Sequence record: MT586120.1
Reading direction: 5' to 3' (one strand)
Length of the DNA stretch: 64,000 nucleotides
How positions within the stretch are numbered: the first letter of the stretch is position 1; each line of letters starts with the position of its first letter. The position numbers and the translations under genes are program-made. Below the pieces are notes generated by a model. The model searched no databases. It was not told where the DNA came from and saw only the letters and a program-made list of their open reading frames with translations. Of this stretch, positions 52,601 through 60,045 are shown one piece after another.

Positions 52601-53763
52601 GTGGTTTTGTAAGCCTTCCAGGAATTCCAGTCAGTGACGGTGGAGCACAATTCTCCGAACTTAAAGTCACTGGAGTATCGACATTCTCTGGTATCGCAAC
52701 ATTCTCTGATAGCATTTATGTAAATGGTGACCTGGTTGTAGAAGGCAACCAAGTATTCTCTGGTATTAGTGGAGAAGACATTAATGTTACTGGTATTCTT
52801 ACTACACAAAGTTTTAATGTTGGTGGGGCATCAACGTTCGTTGGTGTTGGTACTTTCCAAAACGATCTGTATGTAGCTGATGATCTATTCGTCAAGAGGG
52901 ATCTCTTGGTGGGTGGTGCTGCAACCGTAGGTACTCTAACTGCAACCGATGCACGTTTCCAAAACGTAATTGTTGACGGCAACCTTACAGGAGCCAGTGA
53001 TGGTTCAGCCATTATTATTGATGGTGGTTCAGTAATTAGTGGTATTGTAACTATTGGACCAGCTTCAATTACATTGAATGGTCTTCCAGGACAAGAAATA
53101 ATTGAAATTGGAACTGGTAGTGGAAATGTTATTGCTGGTCTCAATACATTTACAAATGACCCATCCCACGTCAAGGTTGATGAGGGAAGATTCAATACAT
53201 TTATTACTGTATCGGGTGCGGGTTCTACTTCAACCTTCGAGGGTGATTTAGATGTTGAGGGGGACATTACTGTAAAGGGTAGTCAAGTATTTGAAGGTGG
53301 CGCACAGGCACAAGACTTTAATGTTAGTGGTATTACTACAACAGAAAACTTGAAAGTTAATAGTGAATCAACTTTCGCAGGTGTTGGTACTTTCCAAGAC
53401 AATTTGTTTGTTGCTGATGATCTATTCGTAGCAAGAAATGCGAATATTGTAGGTATTATTACTGCCCAAGATCTTAATTCTACATCTGATAGAAGGGTCA
53501 AAGAGAACATTAAGCCCATTGATGATGCCCTCAATAAAGTAACTCAACTTAATGGTATTACATTTAGCTTTATTAATACTGGTACAAAGTCTGCTGGTGT
53601 TATTGCACAGGAAGTTGAGGCAGTATTCCCCGATATGGTCAAGGGAGATTTCCCCAAGTCTGTTAACTACAATGGATTGATCGGTGCTCTTATTGAATCC
53701 GTTAAGGAGCTTAAGGAGCAGAACGAGGAGCTACGAAGTCGAATAGAAAAGTTGGAATCTTAA
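49639..53763 (+). CDS. Tail fibre with C-terminal peptidase S74 intramolecular chaperone
   Basis: GTG start, MANQNFRVKKGLEVG; 93-aa internal duplication (about 50017 and 50296); SDRRVKENI...GVIAQEVE...VNYNGLIG. Confidence 0.85.
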   Translation: MANQNFRVKKGLEVGLGATALFADDTGVGINSITPRGNLDVRGQAYIADLKVGPGSITGVGLGTTSLYVDGDTFIDGDVTITGDIIFDDAVLDDLVVTGIASLNIVSFNTGVGTALTVTDLNVESIKIDGSDFDVLDPTFNSISVTGFSTFGGLNTTGFSTFYQNLRVEQDLKVGGNIDLEDLGAGNISVAGTVTTNGLEFNVGIGTSLSLEKISVENIEIDGSDFDVLDPTFESLSVTGFSTFGGLNTTGVSTFYQNVRIDKDLEVGGNISLDDLDSGNISVGGTITTNSLIFNVGIGTTAQFEDLIVTGISSLQTITGFGSDLQFLPAGSISTSVGIGSTIPPTLRPTGEPVQAGDLWFDAQDLRQYTYYVDPNGDAQWVDSNPPPTQPSLRFIGDDSEIGEVDIQNSIFSITGKENQILTDVIPNTPNIEVGLSTNVTIDGSLSVGTTAFFGDSVAIGNTLFVTSDVVIGGGITFQGDITVEIDTELIGNVNVLGIATFNELNFDVGVGNTLTLEDLNVNGTINANGAGVATIGGSPSFENLTVTGITTLGFTTVQGNLNVTGDLIVGDDIVFDEATLRNINVSGLSSLNSVGYNVGIGSTLTIEKKLTVEGYTDLKGEVRVGGASTFVGFATFQDGLSVLGNLNVTGDIVSSDATYGDLTVTNTLTSDNNLQGNIGNFKELTVTDDFKSNGTATLFTVGVQTVSISTELSVSGLTTLTGEFEFNEAEGYELTVEKLNVNADGEVNLPGVAFTNKDAVFPNLEVIGVSTFKGFVDVNSDVDISGITTIGTNIKIDGGARRIDVGGSFIQGASAIPFQEAEVSSGKATFTRLIVTNNSDESTFAGDVEITGELQVSSASTFASITAQSIDSIGSVDIGDNLTVDNNLEVKERTDLKDLYVSGIASLNGASFGDGGEATFEKINVTGLSSLTSVSVSETLGVSGLTTMTDLNVSGVATIGLTSTTNLQFTNGDGYELEVYSLTVPTGGFVSLPGIPVSDGGAQFSELKVTGVSTFSGIATFSDSIYVNGDLVVEGNQVFSGISGEDINVTGILTTQSFNVGGASTFVGVGTFQNDLYVADDLFVKRDLLVGGAATVGTLTATDARFQNVIVDGNLTGASDGSAIIIDGGSVISGIVTIGPASITLNGLPGQEIIEIGTGSGNVIAGLNTFTNDPSHVKVDEGRFNTFITVSGAGSTSTFEGDLDVEGDITVKGSQVFEGGAQAQDFNVSGITTTENLKVNSESTFAGVGTFQDNLFVADDLFVARNANIVGIITAQDLNSTSDRRVKENIKPIDDALNKVTQLNGITFSFINTGTKSAGVIAQEVEAVFPDMVKGDFPKSVNYNGLIGALIESVKELKEQNEELRSRIEKLES

Positions 53764-53781
53764 GTTGGATAAATAGTAATT

Positions 53782-53805
53782 AAGGCTATACTATAGCCTT
53801 TTTTT
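53782..53805 (+). terminator. Intrinsic terminator
   Basis: AAGGCTATA-C-TATAGCCTT plus T-run. Confidence 0.7.
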
Positions 53806-53846
53806 GCGCGTACAAGAAGACTATAAACTAAGAGGAAAAAAAACTA

Positions 53847-55916
53847 ATGGCATACCAAATTAAAGGTGGTGTTATTATTAATGACGATAGAGCCCTTATT
53901 GGCGTTAGTACTGCTGGTATTAACACCGCTCTATACGTTGGTGATTCAGTCGCTAATCTAATAACATTAGACGGCGAAACGGGTAATATAGATGTAAGTG
54001 GAACTTCAACCTTAGATGGTGACGTTACACTTGGTGGAAATCTCAGCTTTGTTGGCGCAACTGCTGGCGAATCTGTAAATGGAATTACAACTGATATTAG
54101 TGTAAGTGCTAGTGCTACTGATCTAGTAACAGCAGAAGGCATTAGGACATATGTTGTAGATCAGATTGCTGAAACTGGAGGAACTCTAAACTTCGGTGGT
54201 GATAGTGGATCTGGTGCTGTTGATCTAAGCAGCCAAACTTTCTCAATTGAAGGTACTAACCTAGAAATTGAGACTTCTGCGGTCAACCAGACTCTAACAA
54301 TCGGTCTAACCAACGAGGTTGCTATTGCCGGTTCTATGACCGCAAATAAGTACTACGGTGATGGCTCTGAACTAACAGGCATTACTGGTAGTAACGTTAA
54401 TCTAGATGGTACTGATCAGTCATTCAATAGCTTAGTAATTACTGAGACTGTTGGTTATGGATTGACTGTTGATAATGATGCCCAGATCAAGGGCAACCTA
54501 GTAATGGTTGGGCAGATCCACGGTCCTTCCGAGTTTGTTATTGACCCAGAAGTAATTGGGAACAATACTGGTACTGTTATTATTAGGGGTGACCTAGTTG
54601 TAGAAGGTACTGAATTCATTATTAATTCAGACACACTACAAATTGCTGATAAGCAAATTGGTCTAGCAACAAATGTTACCAATGCTGCTCTATTAGAAGA
54701 TTCTGGTATCACCATCGGTGAGCCTGGATCCGCTGTTGAGCAATCATTCTTGTGGGACTTCTCATCCCAGTCATTCCAGTCATCCGCTGGTCTTGGCGTA
54801 ACTGATGGTGGTGGATTCTATGCTGGGGATACTGAAATCCTATCATTAGAAACCTTAGGTTCCACGGTAGTCAACTCATCACTAACAAGTGTTGGTACTC
54901 TAACTGACCTAACTGTTACTGGTGATATCAATGCTAACGGTGATATCGTTGGTGATAATTTTACTAATATCTCCGGTATTAATAGTGTAACTGCTACTGA
55001 TTTCTATGGTAATGGTGCTGGTCTAACTGGTATTAATGCTGGTTCAGTTAATCTAGATGGAACTGATCAGAACTTCAGAAGCTTGCAGCTATCTGGTGTT
55101 GGTGTTGCTCTAACAGTAACCAACGATGCTGAGATTGGTAATAATCTAACTGTTGATGGAGACATCACATTAGGTGGAGATATTCTACCAGATTCCCCAG
55201 GCACTGGTTCCGTTGGAAAAACAACTGATCGTTTCCTTGTCGTTGCTGCTACTGGCGGTGACTTCACACAAGCCGATATCGGTTCGGTTAATGTTTCAGG
55301 AGTATCCACTCTAACTGGCAATGTTGAACTAGGGGCACAGCTAACCTTCACTGGTAGTGACGCTGATGAGTTCGTTTCTGGTATCACAACCAGTCTCGAT
55401 GAGTCCGCTGGTGCCAATGAGATTGCAACTGCTGAAGGCATCAAGGACTATGTTGATGCTCAGATTGGTGGTGGTGGTTCTGTCCAGGCAGCAACAATCG
55501 CAGTTGCTGATAACCAGGATAACGTAGAATATTCAGTGCCTTTCGCTAGTGCTACTGCTGCTAATGCAAGTCTATATTCAGACTCAACCCAACTTAAGTA
55601 CAATCCTTCAACTGGTCTTCTAGTTGCACAGGATTTCAACTCACTCTCCGACATCCGCTTTAAGGATAACGTAGAGACCATTGACGGTGCAGTAGCCAAG
55701 CTACAGCAACTACGTGGTGTTGAGTTCGATTGGAAGCACTCACCAGGTTCATCTGTTGGTGTTATCGCTCAAGAGGTTAAGGAGGTTTATCCTCAACTAG
55801 TAACCGAAGGCGAAGAGAAGATCACTGTTAACTATAACGGTTTGGTTGGTCTACTCATTCAGGCTGTTAAGGAACAGGCTGATGAAATCGCTGCTCTAAA
55901 AGAGAAGCTAGGTTGA
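53847..55916 (+). CDS. Tail fibre with C-terminal S74 chaperone
   Basis: SDIRFKDNV...GVIAQEVKE...VNYNGLVG. Confidence 0.85.
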   Translation: MAYQIKGGVIINDDRALIGVSTAGINTALYVGDSVANLITLDGETGNIDVSGTSTLDGDVTLGGNLSFVGATAGESVNGITTDISVSASATDLVTAEGIRTYVVDQIAETGGTLNFGGDSGSGAVDLSSQTFSIEGTNLEIETSAVNQTLTIGLTNEVAIAGSMTANKYYGDGSELTGITGSNVNLDGTDQSFNSLVITETVGYGLTVDNDAQIKGNLVMVGQIHGPSEFVIDPEVIGNNTGTVIIRGDLVVEGTEFIINSDTLQIADKQIGLATNVTNAALLEDSGITIGEPGSAVEQSFLWDFSSQSFQSSAGLGVTDGGGFYAGDTEILSLETLGSTVVNSSLTSVGTLTDLTVTGDINANGDIVGDNFTNISGINSVTATDFYGNGAGLTGINAGSVNLDGTDQNFRSLQLSGVGVALTVTNDAEIGNNLTVDGDITLGGDILPDSPGTGSVGKTTDRFLVVAATGGDFTQADIGSVNVSGVSTLTGNVELGAQLTFTGSDADEFVSGITTSLDESAGANEIATAEGIKDYVDAQIGGGGSVQAATIAVADNQDNVEYSVPFASATAANASLYSDSTQLKYNPSTGLLVAQDFNSLSDIRFKDNVETIDGAVAKLQQLRGVEFDWKHSPGSSVGVIAQEVKEVYPQLVTEGEEKITVNYNGLVGLLIQAVKEQADEIAALKEKLG

Positions 55917-55922
55917 TATATT

Positions 55923-55945
55923 AGGAACCTTCGGGTTCCTTTTTT
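55923..55945 (+). terminator. Intrinsic terminator with UUCG loop
   Basis: AGGAACC-TTCG-GGTTCCT, T-run. Confidence 0.85.
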
Positions 55946-55952
55946 ATAAATA

Positions 55953-56013
55953 ACATTGGGTGTCTCCCACCCGTGTTGTTGGTAAGACTACAACTACCCT
56001 TAGGGGTTTTTTT
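55953..56013 (+). ncRNA. Candidate late small RNA
   Basis: Between TATAAATA (55945) and CCC-TTAG-GGG plus T7 (55997-56013); hairpins GGGTG/CACCC and GTTGT/ACAAC; no SD-led ORF. Confidence 0.35.
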
Positions 56014-56121
56014 ATGCTTAAAAATAGAAATCTTAATGTGTATAAATATAGATGAATTGAAACAAAGCTACATATAATTCTTCGTTAGTCTTACCAAAAG
56101 CAAACACGGGGAAAAAAACAC

Positions 56122-57258
56122 ATGGCTTTTCTAATTAACGGACAGGTTGTCGTTAATAATAATGAAAGCATTGATGCGTTAGGCGTATCAACATTTGTTA
56201 ATATTCGTGCCACAGGTGTTGGTACGATGAGTGAGCTAAGATTGGGTACCGACACTGATGGCTATGGTGGCGTCAGTACTGATATTTCTTCTGATTCTCC
56301 ATCAACCAAGCTAGCATCTGCGTCAGCAATCAAAACTTACGTAGATGATAGAGTAACTGGGGGCACAGGTGCTGTCAGCTTGAATATTATTGGTGATACT
56401 GGAACTGATTCAGTAAACCTATCCAGTGGCAATCTAACTTTCAGTGGTACTACCAATGAAATTGAGACAGCAGTAACAAACGACGTAGTAACATTTAGTT
56501 TACCTGATGATGTTACTATTGGTAATAATCTAACTGTAACCACAGACTTGGATGTTAGTGGGAGCTTCAGCTTCGACGGTGGTGGTCAGTCTGTAGATGC
56601 TATCTCTGATGACATCACATCAGCCGCTCTATCAACCGAGATACCTACAGCTAACGCTGTTAAGAGCTACGTTGACTCAACCATAGACGGTTCTAACAAC
56701 CTAGCTTTCAGTGGAGACAGTGGAACTAATGGTGACATCGACCTAGCTGCCAGTGAAGTTCTTGACTTCCAAGGTACAACTAACCAGATCGAAACCGTTT
56801 CTGATGGTGCCCAGCAAATCACCTTTAGCCTAGCTAACGACACCGACATTGTAACCAGCCTAACCGTTGGTGCGACTCTTGGTGCTGCTGGTGGAGACAT
56901 CCTAGAAGCATCTGCTACTGCTGCTGGTGGTGGCATCGGTGTAGCTATTGCTGGTGATCTAAACGTCACTGGTAACGTAGACTCCGCTTCTGACCGCAAG
57001 CTTAAGGAAAACATCGAAGTTATCCCTAACGCTCTAGAGAAGATCGAAGCCCTACGTGGTGTTGAGTACACCTGGAAGAGCAACGGTGCATACTCTGCTG
57101 GTATCATCGCTCAGGAAGTCCAAGCTGTAATGCCTGGTCTAGTCACTGAAAACGAGACTCACCTCTCTGTTCAGTACAACGGTCTAATCGGTCTATTGAT
57201 CGAAGGTATGAAGGAGCAGCAAGCTCAAATTGAAGAGCTAAAAGCTCAACTTTCTTGA
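56122..57258 (+). CDS. Short fibre with C-terminal S74 chaperone
   Basis: SDRKLKENI...GIIAQEVQ...VQYNGLIG. Confidence 0.85.
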   Translation: MAFLINGQVVVNNNESIDALGVSTFVNIRATGVGTMSELRLGTDTDGYGGVSTDISSDSPSTKLASASAIKTYVDDRVTGGTGAVSLNIIGDTGTDSVNLSSGNLTFSGTTNEIETAVTNDVVTFSLPDDVTIGNNLTVTTDLDVSGSFSFDGGGQSVDAISDDITSAALSTEIPTANAVKSYVDSTIDGSNNLAFSGDSGTNGDIDLAASEVLDFQGTTNQIETVSDGAQQITFSLANDTDIVTSLTVGATLGAAGGDILEASATAAGGGIGVAIAGDLNVTGNVDSASDRKLKENIEVIPNALEKIEALRGVEYTWKSNGAYSAGIIAQEVQAVMPGLVTENETHLSVQYNGLIGLLIEGMKEQQAQIEELKAQLS

Positions 57259-57265
57259 TATTTCT

Positions 57266-57276
57266 ATTATAGCACA
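57266..57276 (-). promoter_or_regulatory. Candidate antisense extended -10 promoter
   Basis: Minus strand reads TGTGCTATAAT, same as the + strand early-type boxes. Confidence 0.4.
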
Positions 57277-57285
57277 GATTGGGAC

Positions 57286-57314
57286 TTGACAAAGGTCTCT
57301 AAATCGACTACAAT
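57286..57314 (+). promoter_or_regulatory. Near-consensus sigma70 promoter
   Basis: TTGACA-17 nt-TACAAT. Confidence 0.8.
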
Positions 57315-57320
57315 CAGCCT

Positions 57321-57388
57321 TGTCGAGGTTGATAAGACACTCTAAGTACTTAGAGATTAATAGAGGGACCTCTTTAGGTCCCTTTTTT
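57321..57388 (+). ncRNA. Candidate early small RNA (about 68 nt)
   Basis: After the sigma70 promoter; 16-nt palindrome CTCTAAGTACTTAGAG (57340-55); ends at AGGGACCT/AGGTCCCT plus T-run. Confidence 0.45.
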
Positions 57389-57424
57389 ATTAGCCTAATA
57401 AATAACAGTAGCTATTCCTTTATT

Positions 57425-57661
57425 ATGTTCACAGTGTATTCTAAAGTCAATTGTAAATATTGCGAAGCAATTGAAAAAGTATTCTCAATGAAGAATATAG
57501 AGTATAAGAAGAACTTATTGAATGTAGATTACACCAGAGAAGATTTTATTGAGAAATTTGGAGAGCAGGGAACGTTTCCCAAAGTCCTTAATGAGAATGG
57601 AGATTTGATTGGAGGAGCCAAAGAAACAGTTCAGTATTTAAGAGATAATCATCTAGTATAA
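57425..57661 (+). CDS. nrdC: Glutaredoxin/thioredoxin-like protein (T4 NrdC-like)
   Basis: MFTVYSKVNCKYC...TFPKV; ATG 57425 preferred to TTG 57320. Confidence 0.85.
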   Translation: MFTVYSKVNCKYCEAIEKVFSMKNIEYKKNLLNVDYTREDFIEKFGEQGTFPKVLNENGDLIGGAKETVQYLRDNHLV

Positions 57662-57690
57662 ATACAAGAAAGATACCGGAGGAGAGTAAA

Positions 57691-57921
57691 ATGCTCACCC
57701 TTTCTATTGTATTTGGTGTTATAATGCTCCAAATGTTTCTTTTATTAGGAGGAGTCATTGGGTATCTAACCTACGGATATCTTTCAGCCCAAGCCTCAGC
57801 ATTACCATCCCACCCAGAGTTTTACGATGAAGAGGGTAACGTATTACCAGATGAAATTCTTGCTATTCGTTTTGAGAATAGCTATGATAACTTGGGTGAC
57901 TGGGAAGAAGAAGACCTTTAA
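57691..57921 (+). CDS. Conserved cyanophage membrane protein
   Basis: N-terminal TM, HPEFYDEEGNVLPDEILAIRFEN; TATAAATA upstream and GGAG SD. Confidence 0.75.
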   Translation: MLTLSIVFGVIMLQMFLLLGGVIGYLTYGYLSAQASALPSHPEFYDEEGNVLPDEILAIRFENSYDNLGDWEEEDL

Positions 57922-57941
57922 AACTTTATTTTGTAATTATC

Positions 57942-58565
57942 ATGGCAGAAGCGACAACCAAAAAGACACGCACAAGGAAGCCTTCCGCTTCCAAAGTAAC
58001 TACTACAGCTAAAAAGAAAGCTCCAGTATCACTAGAGCTTCCTAGAAATCCTCTTATGTTTGAGATTCTAGACCTAGTTTCCAAGCAGCGTACTAAGGCT
58101 AAGAAAGTAGAAGCACTCAAAAAGCACGAGTGTCTAACTCTCAAGTCCTTATTCATTTGGAACTTTGATGAGACTGTAGTCAGCCAACTCCCAGAAGGTG
58201 ATGTGCCTTATGGTGACCCCGAAGACCAGTTGAAGTATAACGGAACTCTATCCGAGAACCTAGCAGATAAGTCTCGTCAAATGTATACTGACGGTAACTT
58301 CTCATTAGGTAGTGCTGATACTAACGGCAGAACAACTCTCCGTGCTCAGACTCGTAACTTCTATCACTTCGTTCAAGGTGGTAATCCAGGTCTCTCTGGT
58401 ATGCGTCGTGAGTCTATGTTTATCAACCTCCTTCAATCGGTTCACCCCCTTGAAGCAGAGATTATGGTCCTCGTAAAAGACGGACTGCTCTCTGACTCAT
58501 ACGCAATCACCCAAGAGGTAGTTGCTGAGGCATATCCCGATATCGTTTGGGGAGGAAGGGGTTGA
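57942..58565 (+). CDS. Conserved T4-like phage hypothetical protein
   Basis: EILDLVSK...LKSLFIWNFD...LPEGDVPY...RRESMFINLLQSVHPLEAE. Confidence 0.75.
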   Translation: MAEATTKKTRTRKPSASKVTTTAKKKAPVSLELPRNPLMFEILDLVSKQRTKAKKVEALKKHECLTLKSLFIWNFDETVVSQLPEGDVPYGDPEDQLKYNGTLSENLADKSRQMYTDGNFSLGSADTNGRTTLRAQTRNFYHFVQGGNPGLSGMRRESMFINLLQSVHPLEAEIMVLVKDGLLSDSYAITQEVVAEAYPDIVWGGRG

Positions 58566-58650
58566 TTTTCTCCACCCAAAATCTTCCATAAACATTAAGA
58601 AAATATAAAGCTCCCTAAATAAATCTAGGGAGTATGTTATACTCTTTATA

Positions 58651-58755
58651 CGTTCATCACACAGAAGGCTGTGTGACGCAAGTAGGATGACGCGGAACGG
58701 ATTTCGTTCATTTCGCACAAGAGTGTGAAACGCAAACGCCACCCGAAAGGAACGG
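58651..58755 (+). ncRNA. Tandem glnA/Downstream-peptide (glutamine riboswitch)-like RNA
   Basis: Two units CGTTCA-[8-bp hairpin]-CGCAA...GAACG at 58651-58699 and 58705-58754; TGTTATACT promoter at 58635-58643; precedes a YRG peptide. Confidence 0.75.
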
Positions 58756-58788
58756 GATTTAACCATCTCATTTCTTAGGAGCAAACAA

Positions 58789-58923
58789 ATGCTAGCAGTA
58801 TATCGTGGTGTCGCTTATGACACAGATCGTAACTTAACGAAAGAAGCAGATTACAAAAAAGTAACTGAAACTTATCGTGGTATTCAGCACACCGAAACCG
58901 TTAAGGTAGAGGTATCAAAATGA
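58789..58923 (+). CDS. DUF4278-like peptide (44 aa, not in track)
   Basis: AGGAG SD; MLAVYRGVAYDTD...TYRGIQH (two YRG motifs). Confidence 0.8.
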   Translation: MLAVYRGVAYDTDRNLTKEADYKKVTETYRGIQHTETVKVEVSK

Positions 58924-59024
58924 ATACACTAGACATCATCCGTCAAAAAGAGCTAAAAGCAAGAAAGCTTCACGAAGCTCGGTTGCTTATGGCAAGACTA
59001 AATCAAAGAGCGAATAACGCTTGA
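58920..59024 (+). CDS. Small conserved peptide (34 aa, not in track)
   Basis: ATGA coupling; MNTLDIIRQKELKARKLHEARLL. Confidence 0.6.
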   Translation: MNTLDIIRQKELKARKLHEARLLMARLNQRANNA

Positions 59025-59030
59025 TACTAG

Positions 59031-59054
59031 GAGCCGCAAGGCTCCTTTTTTATG
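59031..59054 (+). repeat. 24-nt direct repeat, copy 1 (terminator with GCAA loop)
   Basis: GAGCCGCAAGGCTCCTTTTTTATG, identical to 59803-59826. Confidence 0.9.
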
Positions 59055-59084
59055 ACTAAATAGTAATATCATATTCTTTTTATT

Positions 59085-59795
59085 ATGAGTAGTCTTAATA
59101 CTAATTTTATTAATAATACAACTAGAACTACTGCTAATAATAGTGAAAAAAATCTTCAGCTAGGTTCTGATGGAAGTGTGACTAGTTTTGAGGGTCTTAG
59201 TATTAGTGATGCGGCTGCTTCTAATGGTTTGAATTATATAGAACAATGGAGTGGTTCAAATTATGATAAATTTTATTCTTTCGATAGGAGTAAATTTAAT
59301 AAGTTTACTGTTAGTGGTTGGGTTGATCTTCCAGGAGAATCAGCAAACAACACCGGAATAGGTCTTTTTATTCAGCCATGTATTAGTTCAGTCCCATACA
59401 CACTAAGTCAGTTAAATGGGGGCTTCCCAACGTCATGGCAACAGCCAAATCAAGCTGGTGGTGTTGTGTCTTTTTCCGCCGATCAAATGGTATATAATAC
59501 AGCTGCCACACCAGCAGCAGTTGCATACCGATGGATTTTTGAGCTTGAAATTATTTTTAATGATAAAATTATATGGTCTATTGTTAGTCCTTCTACATTT
59601 ATAGATTATAATGTTATTCCTAATACAACGTTATCAGTTGTTAGACAGTTAACAGCGCAAAATTGGGATACAACATTAGGTAACCAAATTGACACTTTTA
59701 GAATACTAACGAATTCCCTTACATCTACATCCCTTTGTAGGGGTGAATTGGGGGTAAAAATAAGTAGGGATACGAGTTTTTCAAATTACACATAA
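59085..59795 (+). CDS. Hypothetical beta-rich protein in a repeat-flanked cassette
   Basis: 236 aa, AT-rich atypical codon usage, own CTAAATA at 59056-59062. Confidence 0.7.
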   Translation: MSSLNTNFINNTTRTTANNSEKNLQLGSDGSVTSFEGLSISDAAASNGLNYIEQWSGSNYDKFYSFDRSKFNKFTVSGWVDLPGESANNTGIGLFIQPCISSVPYTLSQLNGGFPTSWQQPNQAGGVVSFSADQMVYNTAATPAAVAYRWIFELEIIFNDKIIWSIVSPSTFIDYNVIPNTTLSVVRQLTAQNWDTTLGNQIDTFRILTNSLTSTSLCRGELGVKISRDTSFSNYT

Positions 59796-59802
59796 TCACT
59801 AT

Positions 59803-59826
59803 GAGCCGCAAGGCTCCTTTTTTATG
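59803..59826 (+). repeat. 24-nt direct repeat, copy 2 (terminator fused to TGCTATAAT)
   Basis: Identical to 59031-59054; continues into TGCTATAAT 59825-59833. Confidence 0.9.
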
Positions 59827-59853
59827 CTATAATACCCTTGAATACATAATACT

Positions 59854-60045
59854 ATGGACCGAGACAAGGTAAAGTTCTTAATTCAATCAATTGAAGTTCT
59901 TATTGAAGAACTAAAAGCAGAGGTCTACACCGACTCCGAGACCCATAAGGTTTCCGAGACTGCTTATAGCGACGAGGAGGAACCAATTTCCACCGATGAT
60001 CTAATCCAAACAATGTTCAACCAAGTGATTGACGATACACTATGA
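59854..60045 (+). CDS. Conserved cyanophage hypothetical protein
   Basis: MDRDKVKFLIQSIEVLIEELKAEVY. Confidence 0.7.
   Translation: MDRDKVKFLIQSIEVLIEELKAEVYTDSETHKVSETAYSDEEEPISTDDLIQTMFNQVIDDTL

Noticed and set aside
31397-57107. Numerous long minus-strand ORFs opposite the giant and fibre genes
   Set aside because: Expected from stop-poor reverse frames of biased Thr/Gly/Val coding; no promoters or SDs seen.
43974-57258. Diversity-generating retroelement acting on fibre tips
   Set aside because: No reverse transcriptase and no adenine-specific template/variable repeat pair noticed.
57320-57424. TTG-started N-terminal extension of the glutaredoxin
   Set aside because: Spans a terminator and begins at the predicted TSS with no SD; ATG 57425 gives a normal-length protein.
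58497-58784. Minus-strand 95-aa ORF
   Set aside because: Overlaps the riboswitch-like RNA and its promoter on the + strand.
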